DNA from: Nemertoderma westbladi
Taxonomy: Eukaryota; Animalia; Xenacoelomorpha
Assembly (NCBI GenBank): GCA_032718475.1
Contig: JAUCBJ010003590.1
Coordinates: forward strand, 26,230 to 90,229
Reading direction: 5' to 3'
DNA: 64,000 nt
The first letter of the stretch is position 1. Each line of letters begins with the position of its first letter. Under the pieces are notes generated by a model. That model worked only from the letters and a program-made list of their open reading frames with translations, was not told the DNA's origin and did not search any database. This document shows, piece after piece, positions 25,598-36,754 of the stretch. Both the position numbers and the translations under genes were made by a program.

Positions 25598-26274
25598 TTA
25601 AATAGGAGGAAACGAAATTGAATGAGGTAGCAAGCGTGCGAGAGGGGGTGTCTTGTAGGATTGCAACACGCAATTCACACTGATTGTCCCAAAGAGAAAA
25701 TTATGTTTGTCAATAAGAAAGATGACACAGCGACAGGCAGGTGCTGATTGGTTTGGGAATGTTCCAACACACGAGTGACATTCATACAAATACCCCAGTA
25801 CACGTACAGCACACACACACAGCACACACAACAGACACACAAAATATGAGAATGGGATGGAATGAGATATGAGTGGAATGGGGTAAACCCAAGAAGCGGA
25901 AACAATGAGATGACATTGTTTTTATTGTAATTTGTATTCCCATCACCGTAAAATGTATTAATAATATAACATATAGCAATATGGGGTAATGAAGGCCTAA
26001 CAACTGACAAAGAAGACATCGGCACGTAATAAAACAATACAGTTTTGCTGGTTATCAATCACCGTAAAAAAATGTTTAAGTTGATTACCAACCGGAACCC
26101 AGTAATATAAGGTGTTTATTGAAGTACTAAACCTATACTGTATACTTAAAAGTAAACAGCAAAAATGGAAATACCGAAGTAAATGCCGGTACTAAAAAAA
26201 TATGTTCACTGAGTTCGCACATCCAAAGGAACTACTTGCTTTTAAAAGTAAAAAAAAGAAAAGAAAAAAATTTG

Positions 26275-26695
26275 TTTAAACCGAACGGCTTTACTGCTCA
26301 CTTACTTGAAATTATAAAAAAACATGCTAATAAACAAAAGTAACTATTACTGTTCTTGAAATGCTGAGAAAAAAAAAATGTAATTTAAATCAAACGGCTT
26401 TGTTGCTCATTTACTTGATATGAAAAAAAAATGCTAATAAACAAATGTAACTATTACTGTTCTTGAAATGCTAGAAAAAAACAACCGGAATATATTTAAA
26501 TCAAACCGCTTTACTCCTCACTTACTGAAATTATAGAAAAATATGCTAATAAACAAAAGTAACTATTACTGTTCATGAAATGCTTGGGGAAAAAAAATAT
26601 TTAATTTAAATCAAACGGCTTTGTTGCTCATTTACTTGATATAAAAAAAAAAAATGCTAATAAACAAAAGTAACTATTATTGTTCGTGAAATGCC
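26275..26695. repeat. Four ~110-bp tandem units in the LINE ORF1-ORF2 spacer
   Basis: tttaaa..aac.gcttt...ctca.ttact...atgctaataaacaaaagtaactatta.tgttc.tgaaatgc at ~26275, 26384, 26495 and 26605. Confidence 0.85.
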
Positions 26696-26812
26696 ATTGC
26701 CATGCATTTTACATGCACTAGTCAGAACCTGTCGTCGAGATTAATAAATTGGTTTGGGCTGTAAAAAGCGCAACCGCAATTTGATGCGTTAGCTTGGTAG
26801 AAGATCTTACAA

Positions 26813-27853
26813 CTAATTGCCAATGAGAAGGGAAGTTAAACCTGGAGCCAACCGCTTCAGAGAGAGCAGGATATCAGCGAGACAGACCTTAGGATCTGTA
26901 GGGTTATGGCAATCGGTGATTAGCGACTCCACAATATCAAGAATAGATTTGAGATGGGTGATCTGTGTTGTTTCACCAGATAAACTTTTAACAAAGATTG
27001 AGCCATCCCTTGTCCAGCAGTCCGAGATTAACTTAGCCTTAACAAGTTTGCGACACTCGTAGAATAAAGAAGCACGGAAAGGGGTAAGGCATTCGTTGAT
27101 GTATATGCGATCGGCAGCTATGTTTGTCTTTAGCTGAAATCGCGACCTGAAAAAACGATCTCGCGCTCTGTAAGTAGAGAACTTTACAACTAGTTGTTTT
27201 TTATTAAGGGATGGGTGAAACCGCGACGTATCTTTCTCTAATTCGAATGACTCAAGGCCGCAACGCTGAGCAATTGTGCAAAGGAGGTTCTCAATTCTAT
27301 TGTCGAGGGAGGGACTGGTTGCCAGGTTTGTTGGGGGGGTCACCTTGTTGTTAATTGTCGAGTCGACTAACGGACCAGATATTAGGAGGGTTTCGCGTCT
27401 TAAGTACTGGCTGTCCGAATCAGACTTCAATGCCAAACTGAATAAACTGTCTGATAGCTTCGAGCATTCTGAACATGGTTGTTGGAGTTTGGCGTCGATT
27501 GAAGCGACTAATTAGTGGGCGAGGTCATCGAATTTGATAGCAATCTGGTCGGCAATATCGGAACCCAGGGACTTGAGGAGGGAACGGATGGAAGGGTCTG
27601 TTTCGTTCCCACTTCCGGACAGCGTCACAGAGGGAAAAACGATATCCAACTCGGCAGGGACAGACTCGGGCACTGCGCTCCAAGCGGGAGCAGGTTGGCC
27701 TGCCGGTAAGCGTTTTGCATCAGGAGAGGAAACCGAGGAAGAGTGCGAAAGATCGCTGTAGTTGCGCTTACCGGTACTGCTCGTATCGGTAGAATGCGCA
27801 GGGTCAATGTTATAGGGTGAGATCGAGTTTGGCTTTGGACCAATGTCAGACAT
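26813..27853 (-). pseudogene. LINE ORF1 (coiled-coil/RRM-CTD type), one in-frame TAA at 27512-27514
   Basis: 27853-27512 and 27436-26813 are in the same frame. QYLRRETLLISG, VVKFST..ARD, IYINECLT..RA.L, WTRDGSIFVK are typical CR1/L2-group ORF1 motifs. Confidence 0.85.
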
Positions 27854-28547
27854 ACCGCTATTATTGTGAAAAGTAAGAATCAGAACCCAACCAGATGGGC
27901 AAATTAAGCAATATTAATATACAAAGTGCAATAATGCCGGATCGGTAGTTGATACAGTTGTAAACTACATCTCAGTGTGTACCGGTAGGTAGGCTAAATT
28001 GAAAGTCTGAAATAGGTGATGCTCTACAAAACTACTGACCGTGACCTGTCATCATCATCATTTCTGGGTATCAGGGTATGTATATTATAGTTAGTGATGG
28101 TGATAAATTCAAAATCTTCAGAATTTGATACTGGTGTAGCAGCATTATAGTTCAGTTCACTGCCTGACTGCCAGACTGCAGTTTATGCAGCCGGTAATGA
28201 GCGGCAAGAAGAAATACCAGTAATGCCAGAATGTAGTACAGTTTCAACAATAAGTACCGACTTTGATTCCATCAGTTTGGTCTTATACCAGCATTCAGCA
28301 TATGGATGGTAAATAAATAGACAGATGACAGATAGGGTTACCATCCGACAGTCCGATGTCCGGTATTCAGTATTACTGTATTCAGTATTACCACGCGCAC
28401 ACTGGCTGACTGGTTATATTTACGCAAAACGGTAGACGGTACGATAATGGTAGGCTGTTGGTCAGTTAGTACCGGTATGCCCAGTCTTCAGCTTTCTGGC
28501 TTTACAGGTACACCAACATTACAGCAGTACAGTGGTCCAGGCACCAA

Positions 28548-28908
28548 TGTGCGAAATCCAGGCTGGTTCTGTAAAACTGTTTTTCATTGTTTTAAAATCT
28601 TTCTTACTTAATAATAACATATATAATAAACTGATTAGCATTTAGGTAAATATGATAATTATAGTTCAGTACATAATAATTAACGGTATAAGGCACCAGA
28701 TCACGGTACCGGTAAGTATAACACAGACAGACACAGTCTGTGTATGAAAATGACTGAAAGGCAGAACAAGGAAACAACACGTCCTTCTGTAGTTGGTTAG
28801 TAAGAATATAATCAAGCGCAGTCAGCCATATGTATAGTAAAAATATGTGGTACTAAAAAATTACTTCAATCCTAAATACAGTATAATTATTATCTGTAAT
28901 TTAGGACA
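28548..28908 (-). repeat. BEL-2 5' LTR (361 bp)
   Basis: Direct repeat of 15764-16122, followed by TSD GCTCT. Confidence 0.95.
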
Positions 28909-28913
28909 GCTCT

Positions 28914-29515
28914 AGTAGTTTTCGAGATATGAAGATTTCCTGGCACCCATACCATATGAGCACTTTTCGGAATTGATAAAATTACTCAATATACATCACC
29001 CTTCAAGACTTCGGTATATCATTAAACCATATGCTTTTTTGGTTAATCGAATTAATTATTAGTAATTAATAGATACGACCCGCCAAGCTGCTGCAAAGCC
29101 CCAAAATTTAGTGGGCCAGTTATTTATCTTAGATACAAGATACAACACCTGAAACAATAGGTCTAGCGTGTCGAAAGTACTTGTCCCTAACTAAAATTAT
29201 GTCTTCTTTCAGATGAGACAAATAAATATTTAATAGCTCCAATAGTTTTCGAGATATGAGGAGTTCCTGGCACCCATACCAGATCAGCGACTTTTCAAAT
29301 TAATAAAATTACTCAAAATACAAGCATCACCCTTCAAGACTTTGGTATAACCATTAAACCATATTATGCTTTTTTGGTTAGTCGAATTAATTATTAGCAA
29401 TCGAAAGCGAAATTAGAATAAAATCTACAGTGTTTATTTTATAATAGACACTAAAAGAGCACCAAAATTACAAGTAGCTCTAAATTTTCAAATAGCCAAA
29501 AGTGGTAATTTGGCC
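28914..29515 (+). repeat. Helentron/HINE-like repeat: remainder of the interrupted copy plus a tandem second copy (29069-29515)
   Basis: tagttttcgagatatga...cctggcacccatacca and catcacccttcaagactt.ggtata occur twice; homologous to the inverted copy at 40060-40504. Confidence 0.6.
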
Positions 29516-31627
29516 TTATAGCTTGGCTACTGAGGTTTTAGAATGTGCTGATTTCATTGGCAAGGTTTATAAAACTGTGGTATTTTAAAAAATGGCCAAA
29601 TGTCAAAATGTCAAATGACAAAATGTCAGTCGAAAAGTTTAAGTGCCAGCCAGTGCACTTCTATTTCAGTACTGCAGTACTCTGGTACTGGTCCGGTAAT
29701 AATGTAGTGAATTATGTGGTATGTGCATTGCACTGCACAAATGCGTTAGGCATTTCATTACTGATGACTGAATTATGCTGTTACGCATCAATGCCTTATC
29801 ATTATTGTAGTTTGTAGTACTGTACCTATATTTATTTGATAGGCTAGTTATTATCACTTCCACACAAGCTGGCAGCCACGGGAGCCTAATCTTGGTCTGG
29901 TCATAGTATCTGAATCTGTATGCAGGCCGTAGCAGTTTTAGTTGTTTCTGTGTGTATAGATGCCGCTCGCGCGCTCGGTCTACAGTTCGACTAGTCAGGG
30001 ATTTTCTACAGAACAGATGACACCAGGGCCTTCCGCTTCCACAACATTTGAACATTTCGACGAGCGATATATTCAGTAAACCCGGAATCTGTTCCGATTT
30101 CAGTGTGCTAAATGCCTCAAATCCCTCGGAGCCCGCCAGTAAAAGAATATACTGTACCATTCATTGTCCATCGATGTCAAGGCTTTTACAAGAGGCTGAC
30201 CCACTTCCACCGCTACGAGTCTGTCTGAAACTCTTATGAGTGTTATCAAGTGCCTTGGGGTACCTGCCGCACAGCAGGAACACTCACGAAAGTATATGTG
30301 TATATATATATTATCTAATATATATATCTGAACTGAATGTACAATCAATCACTGTAAGTATATAGCTTCAGCGCTTATAAACTGCTTCAAGGGAGTAAAG
30401 TGACAGTTACGTGTAAACCGTTCTGTTATATTGTGTTGTTGGCAAGCAAATGTGCGTGTGACTTACATATATTACAGGTAGGACACTATGTTGGACTTAG
30501 TGCGTGGTAAGCGCACAGTTCACTCGTGCTGCATACATAGTGTTAGTAGATGATATTTACTAGTTGGGGAATAATATTGCAGTACTATGGACGCACACAC
30601 TCGCACTAAAATGAACTGAATCTTTTACAGACAGGGTGCAGTCAGCACTAACCGTGTGGAAATCGAGTTAGTTTGATCTCTGGTCTTGTATATTCATCAA
30701 CAATAGTAAAGCAATAATAGTAAATAATAATAATGTAATACAGCAATGCATACAGCAAGGTGACATATCACGAGTCCTGCAAGTTACATGACTTATAACA
30801 TGCTTATTATGATGTTAGGTTATGCCTGAGAGTAATGGGATGAACATGGACTATATAAACAAGCAATACTGCAAAAATAGAACAGCCAATAGGACGCAAG
30901 AATACCTGTACCGTTAGTTACCAATGAGAGTTCAGCACTACCACAACTGCTGCTAGGCAACATATAAACAAGGTTCACGGTGGTATACAACATGAGTTAG
31001 GCATAAATATCATACGCACAGAAATTGAATGATTCTCTAATAAAAATATAAGATTTCGATATACAGTTAGTGTGTGCAGCAAAACCGTTCCCTAAAATTA
31101 CATACAAGTTCAACAATCATTCTATGAATAACACAATATCGAGTTTTGAAAATTTACGTGTAAAGGGACATATACAATCTTTCAACAGTTAAAGACAACG
31201 TTGATATTGGATACTTACTACGCACGATTAAATGCGATAAACAATCTAACTAAATAATTAAATGAAATTAATTAAGGGTAGATCAACTTCTCATATAAAG
31301 TAATAAAGTTCGTTGAGTCAGACTAAATAAATATTAAACGACCTTTCAAACAATATTAGAGTTCGATATGTTTACAAATATGATAGGTAATTTTTAAGTA
31401 GGTAATTAGGTAATATTAATCGACATAAGTAGGTAAGTATTGAGTCATATTATCCTTCAAATATAAAATACACAAATTCGACTAATATATTGAGTTTCAT
31501 TCTTATAGTAAGAAATACATATTGTTCATTATTTGCAAATATGATAGTTTTACAACGTACTTAATGGTTGACAAATGAGTACAGTGATTTTATAAAGTTT
31601 GACAGGCTAACTAATAGCAATCTTATA

Positions 31628-34053
31628 TTATCGCTTTTGCTTGGGATGCTTAGGGTTATTTCGCATACAGAGTCGTTTCCTCTTCTTTGCAGGCATTTGG
31701 GGCGCGGGTAACGTCAGGTCGTCGCTTGAAAGCGTCTCATTGGGACACGGGTGTATATCTACTGCATCTGGTGTCGGTGAAATCGGACGATCGGTGTATG
31801 TCCCGGTGGAGGTGCCGGGCATGGACAGGAACTCAACCGGTCTCGTTGCACCCGAGTCGACAGCCAGTCGACGGATCTTTAGTCCTGGAGGAGCAGCTAA
31901 GCGCTTCCACTCAGCAGCCTGCACTGGTCTGGAGGGGACGGTTTGGGTAGCGACACCAAATGGGGGCTGCTTGCCGAGGAAAATTCTTGGAGGCACAGCA
32001 TGGAGAACTGGTCCTTCACTTTGAGCGTGTTCGCTGAAAACTCGATGCTGAGGGAGCAGCTCGGGATGTCCTTCCAGGAACTGTGGACCATAAAACGTAG
32101 AGTCATTAATAAACTTTATTATATCGTAGGACGTTGCGCACTCTGGATGTATCTCGCGAAGGAAGCATCGGACAAAGCGGGTGTTGGTGCAGGAAGCTAC
32201 ACAGTTGAGGAGCTCGTAACTCAGTAGCCAAGCACGCCGAACATCTGTTGCGCAGGTGAAGGGGGCAACCGTGTATACTCCGAGGTGAGCTTTCGCTGCG
32301 GCGCATCAGGACGTGGTGATCGCATTGAGATCTGCGCATCCTTCCCACGATTGAATGTATTGTGTGACACTCGTTTCATCTTCTACCTCGATGTTGGGAC
32401 CAAAGGGGCAGTTTGGACTACTGTGTCCCTTGAGTTGGCAACGCTGTCACTGGGTGGCAAAGACTAGACAGGAAAAGAAGATGTGGTCATTGTTAATGTG
32501 GCAGTAGGGACAATAGAGTTTGATGTGACTATCGGTGAGGCGCTCACAAAGAACTCCAGGTTGGGTGGGAGGCTTGTGTGTGCGAAGACCGCAATGCGTA
32601 CAATGGACATGTTTGCGAAATAACATAAAACAGAAACCTCGAACTGTGAGCCGCTTGGTCCCATGATACCAGTCGATTAAAGCGGACTCATTGTCAGGGG
32701 CGGGCACAACAGTGGTAGCTACTGAGGTCGCTTCTAGATGGATTGGTTCTTCCGCTTGGTCAGGGGCATCCATAATATCAGTCTGTATTTGCCCAACCGA
32801 GAAGCCAGGTTTGATAATGGGTCTCTCAATCACCGATTGATGTAGATTGGAAATACATACGTCTCGGAATATGGCAAAGCCGCCGCTGGCTAGCTCATCC
32901 ATTGCAGAACGACGTAACTCTTGTTGAGACAATAACTTCACGCAAAACTGACTGTCAATGTTGGCAAAGGGGGTCAGGAAATGCCGAAAGCATTCGAAGT
33001 TCAGGAAATTACCGAGTTCATTGAGTTTGGCAAGTTGTGTTCCCAACAACAATGGGTGCGCTCTCAACGTACGGCTACAGACATCTGCAAGCCATCCAGA
33101 TAATGCTTGGTTTTCGAATATGAGGTACATCGCCAATGAGAGGTGCAAAGGAACGCTCATGAAACTATATACGGCACCAGGAGCGGTGAGTGGTCCCTGA
33201 AAGTAATAAGGCAAATATGAGTCATCATAAAGTTCCAGCCATACTCCTGAAACGTGATATGGCCAGAAGACGTACGGTCAACTCTGCTATATGTATCATT
33301 AGCGTTATGTCGGTACATGACCCATAAGAAGCCGCAGGATTGCGCCCAAGGAAGGATAACTTGGGTGTCGACAAAGGGATATGGTATGTCGTGGACAACA
33401 GGGAAATCGTCTGTTAAATCCCGATATACGGCTGAACCGAGTTTATAAATAGATTCGTCCAATAGAATGTCCAGTACAGGTTGTGGTAATAAATCGGCGT
33501 CTATTCCCATGGCCGGGTGTCGATTCACATCGTTGACATAAGCCTCCGCTTTAACAATTTGTTGATGTCTTGCATGGCATTGATAGGTGGTCAAGGCTGG
33601 GAAAACGCTGTTGGTACCGCGACAAGTATGCGTAAAAACGTGTGTGGCTCCAGTGAGGCCATGGATATGAATCAACCGAGTTGAACTGAGCTCATGATCT
33701 GGCACTGAGCCCTCATTGTAATAAATCATAACGCCGCAACTATGAATAGCATTAACTGTATGTAACGATTTAATGTTAGCCACTTCGGTGGTCAGTTCTA
33801 CTGGTATACAGGAAGTATCCAATGAACCGGGTTCTCCACGCGCTATTCTTATAAATTCATAACTAGGCGTGTCACATATATTTGTGTTTGTTCGACATAT
33901 CTAAAATCATCTTCAGGGTAGGCTACATCCAAGTTCCAGTGGACGAGGCGACGGTTATCCATAAATGTTTTTCATACTCCGGTTATATTCCTCCGAGAGT
34001 CATTGTCGTTGTGTTTCGAGATTATGTATTGAGTCGTCATTAGAAATATCCAT
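31628..34053 (-). pseudogene. Decayed orphan ORF (~800 codons) with three CCHC-like zinc knuckles and a basic C-terminus
   Basis: 33822-33157 frameshifts into 33214-32447, which continues in frame past TGAs (32447, 32306) to 31628. CTHC....H, CPYC.....H....C and (*)QRC....H....C; ends PAKKRKR...KHPKQKR*. ATG at 34053. Confidence 0.6.
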
Positions 34054-34369
34054 AATTGTTATCAACAATGTATAAATATATTAATAATTCAACAAAGCAA
34101 ACCAATGAGTCGATATAATTGTTATGATAACTTGAGTTTGTATAGGGCCAGCAATGCTGAGCCGCCCTCGATCCCCAGCCCGACACGGCCCAAGCTGCCC
34201 CTGGCCACGCTCGCTAGCGCCACTGTCTATTCCCTAGCCAACAGATGTGGAAGAACGGGTGGAAGACAAGCGTCTAATGCGCAGGGGAAGCTCGAGACCG
34301 GTCTCTCCAATGGTGGTCCGTCGGGGGCTCTATCGACTGTTATAGTGCGACTGAAATTAGTCTGCAATA

Positions 34370-34710
34370 GGGTTTCGGTTCACTACAGTAAACACACAGA
34401 GAATAGCTGTTATTTGTACTATCACACAAACTAACACACCCAATTTCACAAAACGCACAAATGTCCATTACAAAACCTACTATTTCCCGAATGTTGATAT
34501 TTTGAATTTCCATGGATACTCATTAAATAAATTTAAAGGTATTAATTTAAAAAAATATATATGATGAAACTCTAGAAATTTAATTAAAGGGTTGCGCGAG
34601 CGACACACCAGCGTCCCAATGTTTTAAATTAGTTATTAATTTATTGAGGATCAACATTCGGTAAATATAGTGGTAGAATAGGGTATTGCTCATTCATACA
34701 GATCTGGGTC
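34370..34710 (-). promoter_or_regulatory. Non-coding cassette homologous to BEL-1 10830-11170
   Basis: Minus strand cccagatctgtatgaatgagcaataccctattctacc versus cccagatctgtatgcatgagaattaccctaattctacc (10833-10870), followed by further shared blocks, mostly in the same order. Confidence 0.6.
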
Positions 34711-36754
34711 TACTGTGATATTATTACGTCTTTGTTGGTTATATTATTTAATATATTTACTTGGTTGTGATATTTGTCTGTATAGTATCGGTGTTTATAC
34801 TATTGTCGTATTAATGTCGTGATTAAATAATATGTACATAATTGCACATAATATACACATGTACATATCATACATAATTATTATGCCCCTTTTTTATTAT
34901 CGAATGTTTATTGTAACAATAATAATCTGTTATAAATAATTATTACAATGCACCCAATAAATAGCGCGGAATTAAACTAAATTAATTCAGTCTACAAGTT
35001 AATTACCTGTAAGCAATAAGTATTCGGCCGATAATTTATTTATTAGAATAATCCGTGATAAATATTCTAATTCACCGCTGGGGGGGTATTATTCCGATCT
35101 AATCAGTACAAGCAATACTACCCACCAATAAGTAATGAATTACCTCCTATTGGGTTCTGTGTAAGATAGCCCAACAACAGGAGAAGGTGGTATCTGTTAA
35201 CTATGGCTATAGAATGTATGCAGTGTAGCAACCTTCCTATGTAAGGGGCCCAATCAACAGGATGGTCGTAGGGCGAGTAAGCTGTACAATGTTTCCTATG
35301 GAGGGGTAATACAGCCTACCTAAGCAGCAGCCGACTGAGTAGGGAGAATAAGCCTAGACTGTAGTCAATGGTTACACAGAGGTAGGACAAGTCATGTGAC
35401 ACGATATTGCTTGCAGAGGCGGCAAATAATTACCTCCCAAGAAATATATTGGTTTTGGAATATTACGCTGACAGAGGTCCAAGTTGTAAATAATGGATCT
35501 GAGGGTGAATATATGAGCTTAAATGTTAAATAGCTCGATGATATGTATGTATATCGGTTAAAGGTTCCTTGATATTTATTATGAAATAAGAATCTTGGAA
35601 TTAAAACCGCACAAATTATAAAAATAAATACAAAACGTTACTTATACCTAAATACCTACGTTACGACGGAAGTGGTGTAAACTTAGTGTTTACTTTAATG
35701 TATTACACGTAAAAAACAAAAAATGGCAGAGCAATAAGATTGTGGGAATTTACCAGGGAATGGAATATGCAATTGTTTCGATCGTTTAGGACGTCGAAAC
35801 CAGTAAGGAGACAAACGTTAATAGCACAAATAAAACAATAGATACGGTTAGTAGAATGCGTCCCCACAATTGCCGAAAATACGCTACCTGGTCGCTTAGT
35901 TATTTCGTATAGGGTATAACGATCTGTTGACGGGCTAAGACCGCATAAAATGGTTCCGATCGACTGAGAAATTCGAACCAATAAGTCTGTGCGTATGGTA
36001 AGTCGATAAATAACAGTTCGATACTTGATTGAAGAAACGAAAGTGCCCCACGATTCATCCAAAGACTATGCTTTGAATATTTTTGATGGGCCAGTCGAAC
36101 TTCTGCGCTTTAATTCCGTAAAACCAAGTATGAAAGGTAATTCGTCGGGAATAAAGCGATATTTCCTGCCACAGGGAAATAAACAACTTTATGTGTTCCA
36201 AGACTGGAAATATGAATAAGATGGGGGTAAAATGAGGCCTACAAAACAATTAAGCGTTTACTTAATACACTATGAAGTGTAAATATGTGAATGTGAATAC
36301 TATGTGAATACACTAATACACTCTGGTGTATCTGTTTATTTCCCCTTTCTCCCTTCGATGCATTGATTTGCTCTATATTTCGCTTAGTCTAATACGGTAT
36401 TTGATCATCTATTATATTTAACTGATATACAGTACCGGGAGGGTGTGGCAACACAATACAACAAGCAAATGTCTGATTAATTAATTATGTAAGGACTCAA
36501 GTCTGGTGACTGTCTTTCCCTTTAGAGGAAAACGTATTGTGACAAGTCTTTGGTCTAATTATATTGATATCGCTACAGTATTCAATTTGTGACAACTCTC
36601 AATCATGATGTAATTAATAATGAGAGCTTTGCTTACAATGATGGTCTGAAATATCGCCATATATTAATTATTTATTAAGTTAGAGGTACGACGGTAGAAA
36701 TGTATTTGATGCAATTGTCCAGATTATCACTAACGCTTAGTTATACTGACCTAC

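Larger units (their letters stand above)
21644..28040 (-). mobile_element. CR1-group non-LTR retrotransposon, near full length, inserted in the BEL-2 leader in the same orientation (5' boundary approximate)
   Basis: Poly(A) tail (T run 21644-21667), ~530-bp 3' UTR, ORF2 EN-RT and ORF1. No clear TSD seen. Confidence 0.88.
15764..28908 (-). mobile_element. BEL/Pao LTR retrotransposon (BEL-2), frameshifted, with nested LINE
   Basis: LTRs 15764-16122 and 28548-28908 (2 substitutions and a 2-bp indel), 5-bp TSD GCTCT (15759-15763 / 28909-28913). Minus-strand PPT ggtggcgggagta next to the left LTR and TGG-type PBS tggtgcctgg next to the right LTR. Order gag-PR-RT-RH-IN. Confidence 0.95.

Noticed and set aside
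28531-28547. Self-priming in BEL-2
   Set aside because: The PBS begins TGG (tRNA-type), and the similar aggcacca in its LTR is a direct rather than complementary copy.
11079-30413. Exact 14-mer gtgacagttacgtg at 11079 and 30400
   Set aside because: Isolated with no flanking similarity; several such matches are expected by chance in 64 kb.
32447-32449. Selenocysteine at the UGA replacing a zinc-knuckle Cys
   Set aside because: The ORF has other stops and frameshifts and no SECIS was identified; TGY>TGA decay suffices.
35703-36249. Small ORFs upstream of the orphan cassette as gag/pol remnants
   Set aside because: No recognisable retroelement motifs on either strand.
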